Assembly: GCA_024704765.1 (NCBI GenBank)
Contig: JAKMXF010000333.1
Span: 237,266-301,265 of the forward strand
Length of the DNA stretch: 64,000 bases
Reading direction: 5' to 3'
Source: Oopsacas minuta
Taxonomy: Eukaryota > Animalia > Porifera
A program made the translations under genes and the position numbers. Below the pieces are notes generated by a model that was not told the DNA's origin, did no database searches, and saw nothing but the letters and a program-made list of their open reading frames with translations. Positions within the stretch are counted from its first letter, which is position 1. Each line of letters starts with the position of its first letter. Shown here piece by piece: positions 47,189 through 60,009 of this stretch.

Positions 47189-49208
47189 TATTGCTAGTCA
47201 AATGTTGAATAATATTGCGTACATTAAGTGGTAATTACGTAACGACAAAGTGTATGAAATTCGAAAAAGTCAAAGGATGAAGTAGTATCTAATTCATTAG
47301 CAAGGGCGGGGCAAACGATCAGGCCAGTCTGGCCATGGCCTGACCACTTTACAATAGATCAAGCCATTGGCCTGATCGCACTTAACACCTTCCGCAGCTC
47401 TTGATTAGGGTAAATATTCCAAGACTAATACATAATATTAGGGGCAAAAGAGATAGTCTCATTCCTCTTTTCAAAATGAGAGAGCTTCGCCCTCTCAGCT
47501 TGATTGAAAAATGCTTACCAAATTCAATAAAAATGTCCAGCCGGACCGCCCAGTAAGATTTTCAGTCTGAACAAGATAAGATAGTATATTTAGGTACGAA
47601 ATCAGCTAAATGAAATAATAAATTTTCTAAAATCTTAAAATTCGGTGAATATTGCCTCTTTCCTCTGCATCCCGTTCCCAGGTGACTCTAAAATACATAG
47701 AGTAGAACGTCAGTTATCCGTACAGGTCGGCTATCCGAATGCATGTATTCTCCATCCACTAAATATATGACTACTATATACTTTGGCATCATGGCTTCAA
47801 GTTTTTGGAAAAAAATTTAAGCTGCGGGGTCCACCAGGCGAAATTGTTGTAACCTCTATGTAAATTTCGCATAAATACTTACTCTGCCTCCAACCCAGGG
47901 CCCTATGATTATCCTATATACTGTCAATTATGAATTTTTATTATAATATTACTTGGACAGAGAAGGTGATAGGAATTTGATTTTTCTATTTGATAAGTAT
48001 ATAAATAATGTATCATCTTTGCCCATTTCTCTAAGCTTTCTAACAAGCTATAAGGAGTATATCACTGAAATAGCATGCTCATCTATTTTACACGCGTAGA
48101 CTATGCATATGCTACTGGAGTCTTGGTAGAATGTTGATACGCATATAGAGTTGAGGTAAAGGCATGAGCCTTTTGAGCGCAGCATACTCCTGGATAACAC
48201 TAAGATTTCTATAAACATAACTAGCCAGCTGTGGTGGCCTCCTCCTTCCCCTTACAGCCACCTCATAACGCTAAACGTTAACCTCACCTTGTATATGTCG
48301 CAGTGTAGGAGCGAGTTTGGTGTGATTGCGATCACACCAAATTATTTTCTACACCGCAACATATACTTATGCTTACAATAAATCTTAATTTAATAGATAC
48401 TATATAGTACAGACACGCGAGGAGCTAACGCACCCCGAACGGGCGCAGACAAAGACACATTCAAAATAAAAAATTAGATAAGAAACTCGTTTGTATTTGA
48501 TTCCATGTTGTGTTTTGCCTCAGCGTAGACTCGTCTGTAGCGTTGCTTTTCTCGCAATACACTTGAAATGGTAGAGTGATGATATTCGTCACTGGGGATT
48601 TGCTGTTGCAGGTTGCGTTTCCATCATTTGGGCTCACCATGATTGGGATTGCTTTGCCTGAATAACCTCGGGCTGAGGTCCCCACGAGGTTCGAAGGATT
48701 TGACTTTGAACGCTTTAGATTGGTGGAAAAGTGGCACGTCATGAATCGCTAAGAATTAGTCAGAAGAGTGCAAGAGGTAGAATACAGTATTGAGGGATCC
48801 GAACAAAGTGCCCAGTACCAAAGTTGGATGTCAGGTTTTCTCATTACTTAATATTTATAGAATTGCCCGTTTTGGTATAGGATTGAATAGAAGTGTCTTT
48901 TACTCAGTATACTAAAGCCAGCAAGTTGGTAGTGAAGTGTCCGTTGATTGTGACTGATGGTCAAGTACTTGTTAATATCACTTAAAATATCTGGCATTTC
49001 GGGTAGATGCACGATTTCAATTGCTAGCAAGATAGATATTGACTTGAATTGGCCAGATATTCTCTCGAAGACAGCAGTAGTTGATCCTCAAGACTCATAT
49101 TTAATAGGAACGAGACTTCGGTTGACAAAGATTCCAGGTTAGCATTAACTCCTCCTATATTACTATTCATGGAAGCTGTATTAAAGATATTGGTGTATTG
49201 GTGGCTTT

Positions 49209-49768
49209 CAGAGATGAAACCGGTCGAAGATCTCGACCGGTCGGTCATAATTTCTGAATATGGTAAATCTGAATTTGATCTAGTTGTGCTAAAGGAGGCA
49301 GCGTTAAACGGACTTTTGACCGGAAATTTCCGTACATATTCTATATATTCAAAATTTCTTTATTAGTCTACATTTCAATATTTCTATCTTTTCTACATTT
49401 CTGTATTAAATAGGATTTATGTGTATAATCATCCATTATATACTGCCTGGCCAAAAGTATTCGAACGCCAGGGCCACAATTAGCACATGGCACCAATATA
49501 AATGCCACATTAGTTATAGACAAATTATTGAAAATTATTTCATACAGTTTTGAATAAATATTAATTCATCAACCTTGAACAAAAGAGATTTTCTACTTTC
49601 TGCTATATCCACAGAATATTCAACATATTCTCGCCGTTTGCCACTTGCGTCACAAGTGGCAGGGTGTTCCAATACTTTTGGCCAGGCAGTGTATAGCAAA
49701 AGTTACCAGTCGACCGGTCGATCGGCCGGTCGGGTTAGGTCATGAAAAGCTGACCGGTTCCATCTCTG
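49209..49768. mobile_element. hAT-type MITE containing a nested Tc1-type MITE
   Basis: TIRs CAGAGATGAAACCGGTC / GACCGGTTCCATCTCTG, perfect 8-bp TSD GTGGCTTT (49201-49208, 49769-49776), and subterminal ACCGGTCG repeats. Confidence 0.92.
49441..49691. mobile_element. Tc1-type MITE, 251 bp
   Basis: TIRs (T/C)ACTGCCTGGCCAAAAGTATT(C/G)GAAC at both ends; TA TSD at 49439-49440 and 49692-49693. Confidence 0.9.
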
Positions 49769-51109
49769 GTGGCTTTGGAAGATAGTGAAGTATTTGTCAT
49801 TATACAAGCCTTCTATTCGTAATTATTTGATGATGTTAGCCTCTGATCGAAAGAAATGGTAAGATCGTATAATTCCTGTGGAATAAACCAAATTTAGCCC
49901 CATTTTAATAGCAAAATATTCTTGAAGTTTCTCATAATCACAATTAGCGGCCAATTCGAATATATAGTGGAATTTAACAATATGTGTACTCCTGATTAAC
50001 TTCAGTGAGTCTATGATGGTTGCTTTATTCGAACTAACAATAGCCACATATTGTCGATAGTGTTAGATTATACGATGTTGTTCTACTCTCCTCCCCATTT
50101 AAAGAATGAAATAAATTCTGATGCATTTTGTATAGGTGGTTCTCGTATTTCAATTATCTCGTGAACTTGTTCTGTTGAGAATAATAACTCAATTATTATT
50201 AGTAAGCGATTGGATAGTCAAAATCTTTTCGTTTTCTTATCGTATTTCAGTTGGATTGGAGGAACGATATACAGTGTACCAATAGCTGGTTGATACAGCA
50301 AGTTTTCTCCTCATCAAATTTATTTCGTTAGGTGGATGGTAAGAATATAGTAAATTCAATGATGTTCGCGATGCAGCTTTGGTAGCGAGTTTCTCATGTG
50401 GTTGGGTTAAGTAGGTGTTATTGAAAAGTGCTGATAGGATTCGAGGATTCGAATGAAGTAGCTCAGAGTCGATATTTTCGGATTGACTGTTGTTGTGGTG
50501 ATTTAAATGTTTCTTCCATGGTATTCAGTTTCAATATATCATCCAAAGAAGCTACATACATATGTGAAATGTAGGATTTACCGCTACAAGGGAAGATGGA
50601 GGATATTTTTGGGCCTCTTTGATTTGCCTTTTTTCGTTTGGAACTGTCTCTCTTCGTTTGTCCGAGCATGATATTTGCTGCAAGTACTGCTGTCTGTACT
50701 TTCTCTGTTCATTCCGTGATCCCGTCAGATTGCATCTTGTTGATTTTTCTATTTGGAAAATTGTTAAATTTATTCAAGCTATGTAAGTAATCGACGTTTA
50801 TGAAACATATACGTATATTAGTTTAAAAATTGGTACTTCTAGTGCTGTCCATATTATGATTGATTGAATATTAAAACAATAGCTTTAAGTATTTACGAGC
50901 GCGCTTCTCTTGTTCGCGCTACGCGGTTGCAAACACTTCGTGCCCCCACTCCGGCCTAAGGCCCTCTAGAACATAAACTCACAATTTTAACCATAGCAAA
51001 CATGATACTGCCATAGTCAATAATCTGCTTACTTTATGTCCCCAAAAGGGAACAAATATTTATGAAATGTTGTTTACGATATCATATTTGGACTCAGAAT
51101 ACTCGATTA

Positions 51110-51640
51110 CTAGGGCGTTCAATAAGTCTTGCGGGTGATATCATAGAATATGATACAAACACTATACACACTAATTCACTATATTATTTATTCAAAGTAA
51201 TCCCCTCCTGCAGATACACATAGTTTTAAACTTCCACCCACTTGTAAAACACATTTCTGTACTCTTCTTCGGAGATAGATTTGAAGTACTAGTTCAGGCC
51301 CGTTCCGAGTGCTTGTAATGTGTTAAAATCTTTGCCTTGAAGGTAGATTTTAAGCTTGGGGAATAGCCAAAAATCACACGGAGCTAGGTCTGGTGAGCAT
51401 CGTGGATGGGGAAGTAATTCTAACCCTTCTACTTCCAAGAAACTATGGTAAGCTTAGCTGTGTGGGAACTGGCGTTATCAATTAAGATCTTCATTCCTTG
51501 AGTTCCGGTTTTCGGGCGGTACTTTTCTATATTTTTTATCAAATTTGGAAGCACTTGCTCTGTAAAGAAAGTAGCAGTAACAGCTTGCCACTCTCACAAG
51601 GTAATTGCAAGACAATTCCATGACTACTGAAGAAGATGGT
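51110..51640 (-). mobile_element. Truncated mariner (DD34D-type) remnant: transposase C-terminal half plus one end
   Basis: Minus strand encodes VTATFFTEQVLPNL..RPKTG..KILIDNASSHTAKLT and ELLPHPRCSPDLAPCDFWLFPKLK..CVSAGGDYFE* (stop 51188-51190). Putative TIR TA|CTAGGGCGTTCAATAAGT at 51108-51127. Confidence 0.85.
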
Positions 51641-51794
51641 ATACATAATCTTAGGTTTTCTGAAGTAGGGCCTAGGAATTTTCGGCGGTTGTTCGTCGCC
51701 CCTCGCTAAGAGCAAGTCTATACGAATATTTTAAGATTTAACTATTTGTTTACTTTAAATTCATAAAACAACAATAAATATGCATATGATTAAC

Positions 51795-51962
51795 CCAAAA
51801 GTGTGAAAATTGGATTCAGCATGTTCGATATATTTAGTGAAGTTTCATTGAATTCTCTTTATCTCGATAAATACATAGTTATGCGCAATTTCAAAATTGC
51901 ATACCGTAAATCCTTTCCTTGACAACGGACACACAAACAGACAAACAAACAGACAAACAATC
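51795..51962 (+). repeat. Dispersed repeat ending in an ACAAACAG microsatellite (DINE-1/Helentron-like architecture); inverted copy at 55854-56007
   Basis: Shares CCAAAAGTGT..GGATTCAGC..GTGAAGTTT..TTGAATTCT..ATACATAGTTA..CATACCGTAAATCCTTTCCTT.ACAACGGAC..AAACAATC with the reverse complement of 55854-56007. The family name is an inference. Confidence 0.6.
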
Positions 51963-53214
51963 ATTGAGGTTTAATGGTATAGATTAATTCGAATTCCAAA
52001 AATAAAGTTTAATGAAAACTATCTATTCTTGCATTATATCTATGAGCTATAATTAATCATTGACACAATGGACACAATTTGCGTGACATCATAACCCCCA
52101 AATATATTTGAAACGCGAAAAACTTAACAACGATAACAGCTAAACTAATACTTCCAATTCATAAAGTTTAGTATAGGTAGGATGGACACATTGGCCAAAG
52201 CTATGACGTCACAATAGGGACGTGGTGATGACAAAGCAAAAATTTATCTTTCAGATTTCTAAAATTTCAACAAATCCTGATTTTTCTACGCATTCACAAA
52301 ATAGATCTATTTTTTGATTTTTGCTAATTTAACTTCACGTCACGTAATAGTAGAACGATTTAACTCCATTTTTATTAGTTCCCTATCCACTCTACAGTCT
52401 ACATTGTTTATAATTAAGGACTGGAAATTTATCAATAGGTTCATTCTAGCTTGTAGATTTGCGCCTTGGTATACGATTTTTCAACACAATATGCCACTTT
52501 ATCCCATTTGTGGCACCATTAACACATCCCACTTGTGAGACCACCAAAATTATATCCATTATATTCAGAAAAACAGTTCCCAGATTATAGCAGTTCAAGA
52601 ATTTCACCCTCAATTTTCCACCCATAAACATTTTTTTCAATAATTATTCATAACCACAACGATATTGTTTCATTGGAATTAAATTGTTCTGATTTCGCAA
52701 TAAATTCCATAATTACTTCTCCATTACGTAAGCATATCACTGATATGAGTATGTATTTATTACATCATATGTCATATGTCATTTTGTTTGAAACATATAT
52801 ATAAATAAAATATTCTGTGTTTCTTTAAAATATTTCGTTTCATCTTGTCTATATTACTGAAATGTTTCTTTTGTATTTGTTTCACTTAATTTAATTGCTT
52901 TCAAGTCAATTTCTTCACTCATCAAGGTTTATCTTGATGATTTGAGGGAGGGCGAAATGCCCCCTTGAGCTATGGTCATGTTATGCTCTTTAGCACCAAA
53001 TTATGCCTACCTCTAATTCATGAAACATTGATTAGCTCCCACTAAAAATTCTCCTAAAAAACCCCTTCTCATCCTTCCCCATATTTCTTACTCATTACTT
53101 TCGCTTCACTTGTTCAATTATGGATAACCTTGTGAACAAAACTCGTCTCCTGAGGAATCTGGTAAGTTTTGAACTTTTATTTTATATCATTTCTCATTTG
53201 CATTCTAAAACATA

Positions 53215-54040
53215 CAGTGGAGTCTCCCAAAACGGACACTCCGAGAAGCGGACAACCCCCTACAACGGACAAACTTCGTGCCACGGATTGAATTTACCAA
53301 GCATGTAATACTTATGCAGTCTCCGAGGAGCGGACAACTCCGAAATCGAACAACGGACAGGGAACTGGCCCCGAATGGCGTGTCTTGATGCAAAATTATC
53401 TCCCAAGAACGGACAACCAGAAACTGCAGCCAATAATTTTCATAGAAATCACAAAAATTACAAAATAATATGAGTGCTCTACAGGTCCCACATCTTTCAA
53501 GTCTCTCAACAATTCTTTCATCTTGTCAATGTAAACTTTGGGTCCCTAAAGGCGGTACACACATGGGATTTCTAGTCCCTAACCTGCTCCTCTGTTTTCT
53601 TTCTCCCCTGGACCCCAAGCAAATCCTGTATTTACTTCTCTTCTCAAAAATTGTGAAAGTCGAGGATGTTTTGAAGTAGCTATGGGATTGACACCACAAT
53701 AGATACTGTAGCTAGCCTGCAAGTGTCAACCAGTAGACAAAGTTATCTTCCTGACTTATTTGGCACCCATTATACTCTATATATAGAGTATAAAGCAATG
53801 CCAATATGCTTACGTTACTCATCAGTCATCACTCTATATTTAATTTATTCTAATCACAGTATAATAAAGCTTGTGACTTCTCCTATAACTATTCAACTCT
53901 AATACATGTAAAACTGCATTCAAAGTTATACATATTAGATGTTTTGATAAAAAGATGGACTAGTCTCCGAGAAGCGGACAATTCTCTACGATGTACAGAA
54001 GCCATGTCACCAATGTGCCCGTTATTCGGAGACTCCACTG
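53215..54040 (-). mobile_element. pogo/Tigger-type non-autonomous element (826 bp) with a decayed internal coding fragment
   Basis: TIRs CAGTGGAGTCTCC / GGAGACTCCACTG, TA TSD (53213-53214, 54041-54042), and six (A/G)CGGACA subterminal motifs in the left 200 bp. Confidence 0.88.
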
Positions 54041-54564
54041 TATATGAACATTATAACGTCGATATTAGGAGTTAATTAAGCGTCAATTGCCTACCATAAC
54101 CTATTTTAATATAATAGATATCTTTAATCCTTCTGCGTTCCTGAACACTAAATTTTACTTGCAGAGAGCCAAGCCCGATGGAAGTTAAATGGTGCTCACT
54201 GTAAATATTACTAGTTAACGTTGCTTTCAACCAGGTATTGCTAACGAACTGTTACAAGAGACCCCCATATCTGTACCTCTGATGCAACTTGAACTGACTA
54301 GCGAGAGGAGCTCTGATATTGAGTCTATTGAGAGCATTCCTATAATTACACTCCTAAATCAAGAAAGATGAAAAGATAGGAAAAGACCAGCTATCAGAAA
54401 AAGAGACTAGAGGATAGTGAGTTCCGTTCTTTAGAAAATGAAATTAGACTTAAGAATATTAAGTTTGATTGGTTTGATAAGGATTTTAGGTCTCAGCGTA
54501 ATAAAATTCAGTTAGATAGAATGAATAAAAAATATAAAATTACAACCAGTGACGACAACTTAGA

Positions 54565-54684
54565 CTATTAATTAAATGTAAAATGTGGCACTATTAATTG
54601 GAGGCACTATGAGAGGTTACTTTAATCTCATTACACATAGTGCCTTCAATTATTAGTGCCACTTTGTAAACATTTAGTTAATAG
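54565..54684. repeat. ~120-bp foldback (long inverted repeat), MITE-like
   Basis: CTATTAATTAAATGT..GTGGCACTATTAATTGGAGGCACTATG / CATAGTGCCTTCAATTATTAGTGCCAC..ACATTTAGTTAATAG; the 27-bp core matches 25/27. Confidence 0.8.
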
Positions 54685-55853
54685 ACTAAGGCACTAAGCA
54701 GTCGACACAGGTAGAAATTTTATGGTTTTTCTTAGCTCCACTCGGATTTCAAATCTATCAAACTATATATTTGCAATTTAATATGATCATCCAATTCAGA
54801 TAGTATAATTTTATTCAGCTATCTGATTTATTTCCTATTTGTCTTGAAGAATGACTCAAAAATAATACACTGAATTGATCAAAACTCAACAGGAAATAAT
54901 TTCCAAATTCGAAGAAAGAAAAAAGGAGGATGACTTTAAATTAACAAAGCTTATTTTAATTAAAAATCTGATATGAAACGTAAAGTAGAACAAATAGCTA
55001 ATTTGAATAAGAAATTTGATCAAATACAAAATGAGAATTCGAAATTATCCAAAAGGATGGAAATTATCGAAAAAGTGTCAAGGCCTTGAAAGAAGAAGAT
55101 ACCCTTTTCTCTAACATCAAAAGTGAAGATATTGATATATCCATGAGGAGTAGCGCAGAAGAAGAAACTTCATCAAAAAAAAAGGAAAAGTTTATAATAT
55201 ACTTATAATATATTTCTTGTAGTACCTTGTAGTAGTAAAGTAATTAAAACATCAGTATGATCAACCTTATTAAATTCTGTTCGCTTGATTCCATTGTAGA
55301 GCAGTTCTTCTTACCTTCTTTCCATTGCAATGTATATGTATAATTCCGTTTTCAAGTGACACATGCATACAGAGCACTGAGAGCAGTGCAGTAATCCACA
55401 AATAATTAACACTGGAGATAATATTTACGGATAATAACGCCTTCACTTGCTAGTTCGAATATTGTGATGTTGTTGCTTAAGTTCTCTCTACACTTCGTGG
55501 CTTACGAAAATCAGAAAAAATTGCTAATTTTATGAAATTAAACCAACGGTTCATAATAATTTTAACATATTGGCCAATTGTGCTGATATCGAAGCCATTG
55601 GTGGCAATCTGATGATATTCTCTGGGCTAGGTGCCCCCTTAGTCACGATTTGAACTCTATTTGAATATCACGATTGTCAGGTTTCAATAATCTAAAGAAT
55701 TGAATTTATTAAAAACGAAAAGTATTGAATGAAAAAAGATACTATTCAATCATTTGCATGTTATTAAATAACAAAATTGTGTGAAATGTCAATAAAAGTG
55801 CTGAAAATATTATCAATAGTTAATAAAATCTATATTATTAAATTTCAATTATT

Positions 55854-56290
55854 GATTGTTTGTCCGTTGTTAAGGAAAGGATTTACGGTATGGAAATTTT
55901 GATATTTTCGCGTAACTATGTATTATAGTGTTTATCATGAAGTAAATTAGAATTCAATAAAACTTCACTTAATTCGTACACGCTGAATCCGATTTTAACA
56001 CTTTTGGATTTATCAAATGTAAATTTATTGTTATTTTTGTGAATATAAAGTAAAAATTTCAAATTTGTGGTAGAATCATGCTTTCAAAGGCTATACAGGG
56101 GTAATCGAGTATGTTGAATCCTCATATGGTATTGTAACATTCTGTGAATATTTGTTTACTTTTAGGTACATAAAGTAAACACATTCCAAAATTGAGGTAG
56201 AATCATACTTCCAACGTTTATATTAGGGTAATCGAGTATGCTGAATCCGAATATGGCATTGCTTGTTTGTTCGTTTGTCCGTTGATATGC
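55854..56290 (-). repeat. Second, longer copy of the DINE-1/Helentron-like repeat with an internally duplicated core
   Basis: Reverse complement of 51795-51962, followed by two copies of GGTAGAATCAT..GGGTAATCGAGTATG(T/C)TGAATCC (~56068-56121 and ~56197-56249) and a GTTTGTTCGTTTGTCCGTTG tail. Confidence 0.6.
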
Positions 56291-57336
56291 ACATTCATTG
56301 TTGTTTTTTATGATGCAATTGGTCCATTAAAACAATATTAATACCAAACTGAATGATTACTGAATTATTTAATTTATGAATTAATGAATTTCAACGATAC
56401 ATTCCAAGTCTACATGGAAGTGAGAATGACATTCACATTTTGATTATCTTAATAGGAAATTTATTAATTATCTATATTTCCCGCTATATCAATTTACTTT
56501 GGTCGTCACAGATATATATACTTAACTTTGTAACTATTTACAAATGGATATCGATATAATGATATATCTTACGGGAGAAGAGGTGGCGCAGACGTGGTAG
56601 GTTTGGGCGGGTGGGCATGAATTTCTTCATGAAATGCTCAGAACTTGCGAAAACATAATAATGGTAAGTACACATTGTAATTACAATCTATATAATCAAC
56701 TCTTCACCCTTTATTTCTATTAAGTACGAAAATGGGAGCCGCCAGAAGAGGGCTCAAAGGAGGCGGCAACAACGCCAGCGCCGCCGCCAACAAGCACAAC
56801 AAATATGATGTGTCTGTGTTTGCGTCTGCGTCTGCGTCTGTGCCCGGGTCTGTATTTCCTATTTTGTTTAGTTTGTGTGTTGTAAGTATCGTATAGAAAT
56901 TAAATATATCTTACTTAATATAAATGAAACACTTAAGTATAGAAATTTGAGTATTAAGGAATAATTTTAATACTTAATTGTTGAAGTTGTAGAGGTTCTT
57001 GAGATCACGCTCCCACTACATCTCCAGTCAAATTTTCATGATGTCAATATCAATAATTTCCTGTTACGGTTTAGGGAAAGAACTCAATTTCATCCTCCTG
57101 AATTCGCATATTCAAGTTTCTCATATGAAATTTATTGTTATTTTATGAATATAAACTAAACAGATTAGCCAAATCTCAAAATATACGTACAGGCTTGCTC
57201 TAAACGGCGACAAAGGGGATTGATCTTACAAAATTATTCAATAATATACATGCTATATAAGTATATTTGTGAATTACATTGTTCTAAATATATCTATATT
57301 ATAAAACTCAAGGGAACGTCAACTCGGAGATTATGG

Positions 57337-57391
57337 ATACCTCGAGGCACAATGCGCCGAGTTCATCGCGATGCGACGCCAAAGGCTCGTA
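57337..57391 (-). repeat. Dispersed GC-rich repeat (copy of 39824-39880)
   Basis: Matches the reverse complement of 39824-39880 at 51/57 positions. Confidence 0.75.
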
Positions 57392-60009
57392 ATTACTAAA
57401 TTAAAGTTAGATATATAATTCGTAAAAAGTTTATTTCGAAACATGGCTCAGAATTTGAATAATTATAATATCACACATTTAGATTTAAGTAAAAGTAGCA
57501 TTTATTACTCAAGAAAAATGAGTTATTTTATATAACGTACTAGTAATTAAGAATATCATTTATAGATTACTAACAGTGGCAGGGATAAGGGTTTCAAAAC
57601 AACAGAAGGAGATACATAAAAACAAGGAAATATATATATAATTTAAACAAAAGAACTTGGTCACGAACAAAGAAGCATTTGGTGAGTAATTCGAAACTAA
57701 ATATAATCCTTGTTCTACGGTTGTATAATCATTATATTTTAGGAAATATGTGACTTACAAAATATAGAAAGACTGTCTGAGGAGCTAAGAAAAATAATAG
57801 ATAAGACATGCTGTCTAAACTTGATTTATTGCCGAATTTGGCGACAAATGAGGTTGTTCGGTTGTGATTCCGTCAGCTCCAGTTCCCCAAGTCGTCCCTA
57901 CATCTTCATTAGTTTCCTCAGCTCTACCTCCATCAGTTGCATCAGATATATGCCATTCAGGATCCTCAGATTAGACTGTCTGAGCCACTAAATTCAGTTA
58001 ACTAAAGTTCATAATAATGACAATAGTAATATCAATATCTGTTCTTCATCGCATTCTAACTTATTATTGAAAAATTCTTGATACTTAGTACAATTGTAAT
58101 TTAAGGTAAATTCGGTCCCTCAGGATTGTTGATAAATATCAGTGGTACACTTGGGACACACCTCAGTACCTTTCCTCGAATTACCTAAAATAGGAAGATG
58201 GATGTTAGGTGCAATATATAAATACACAAAAGGTCAGACCAGAAATTACACCTTATCTAGAGTCCATAAAAAATCATAATCGTGTTAATAATGGGTCCAA
58301 CTCATCATACTTATATTCGTATAAGTCATTATATTCAATACTGTATATAATTGCATCAAACGTAGTTGCTAAACAATGGTCCAGAAAATCACAAAATAAT
58401 CATCTCTGAAATAAGCCAAATGCAAACACGGCACACTCCTCCGAAGAGAAGCAAAATGCCCGGCACACTTGTCATGAGATAAGCAAATTGCCTAACGCAC
58501 ACCTCTAGATGCCAAATGCTCGCACACTTAATCATAGGCCATCCGTTGAACAAAGTGAAATAACAACTAATTGATGCAATATATAATAATAATTAGGACC
58601 CATTATAAATGAAACAAGGACTAAGAGAGTAATTAATCTTATGGTTTGAAGTTAATTAACTAGGGTGATGGTCCAGAAAAGTTTATGCTATGAAATATAA
58701 TTATCAGTGGTTTGCTTTCAAAGATCAGATCATTTTGTATACCCAAAGTATTCTCATTATAAACATCAGTTATCACCATCGATCTTTATCAGATGCATTC
58801 ACATAACTTACATTAATGCGAGCTAATATACCAAGCATAATAAGTTTATTTACAGTCCGCCATTTATAATTACGCCTCATATCGTTAAAATGTTGCTGAA
58901 TAGAAATTCATTGTATCCTTGTACACCATAGAATGCACCAACATAGGGACTTTGTTCAAATGTATCTATTAAAGTAATACAGACGTTATGATGTTAACTG
59001 TCATTACTAAATTTAATATGAGATAATGCCCTGAAGAAGCAATTACCATCAGTTAATACAGGAAATATCCTGAAATTATAAGAGACAGCTATATTACTAT
59101 GTATAACTATCTTTCATATTACTTTGTATAAAACTATAGCAATTATCATTTGAAACTCAAACTAAAGTTCGTGTCGCTCAAAGGTATGTTGTTTAAGTTA
59201 ATACTGCACTCAATGTCAGTCGCATTGAAGTGTAAATATATTATAATTATCACTAATACTAATGTGAGGAACAGTTAGAAGATGTACATGAGTAGTAATG
59301 ACATCTGAATCAAACTGACTTTATGGAATATATTTTTTGTTCATCTAAATCAATTTTATCACTAAGATCATTGTGATAAGTTTTCTTGTCACTAGAAACT
59401 TGTGTACACATATTCATTGTTTCAAATTCATTTGGATGTACATTTAGTTGAACTACATCAGGAGTAAGAAAAATTAGCATTGGCTTATGATCATTAAAGT
59501 ACTATTCATAAAACTTAGACGAGGTTACAGAGCATAAATTTAGAACCGATTCGTAATGTAGTAAGAATAGTATTTAAATTAGAGAAAAGTGCTTTAACGG
59601 AGTACGAGGTGATCTATTTACTGATATAAGTACTATTTACTCGTCCATTAAGCATCATTATCAATTTGAATAACTAATATCTCAATCATTGCGCCATTAT
59701 GACAACTAGAATGAGACGATATTAATTTACAACTAGATGGATCACGAGGGTATATATGTGTACCAGAACCAGGAGATTTAACTTTAACATCTATTCGGCC
59801 GATTAGACAATGACCTGGAATATCAAAGCTATCAGATACAATAGTCATTGTTTTTGTAAAATTATTTTATCTGATCCTAAATAACTGGATCACATGCTAA
59901 ATCTTGCCAGTGTTTTTCAATGAACGGACATTATGGACAAAAATGTCAGGACTGGTTAGTGGAATTAACCTAATTGATTTAGAAATTCTTGTAAATATTT
60001 CCCAATGCC

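Noticed and set aside
53546-53581. Two TAG codons at positions where Tyr might be expected, suggesting TAG=Tyr recoding
   Set aside because: TAG serves as the normal stop of the KDZ transposase (42666-42668), and the 35-kb ORF has no in-frame TAG. The fragment is simply decayed.
54850-55200. Lys/Glu-rich coiled-coil-like reading on the + strand
   Set aside because: Broken by stops and frameshifts, and explainable by A-rich low complexity.
57800-59850. Possible decayed host-gene exons on the minus strand (e.g. ORF 59648-59848 and an acidic stretch near 57830-57970)
   Set aside because: Multiple stops, no recognisable domain, and no consistent splice model.
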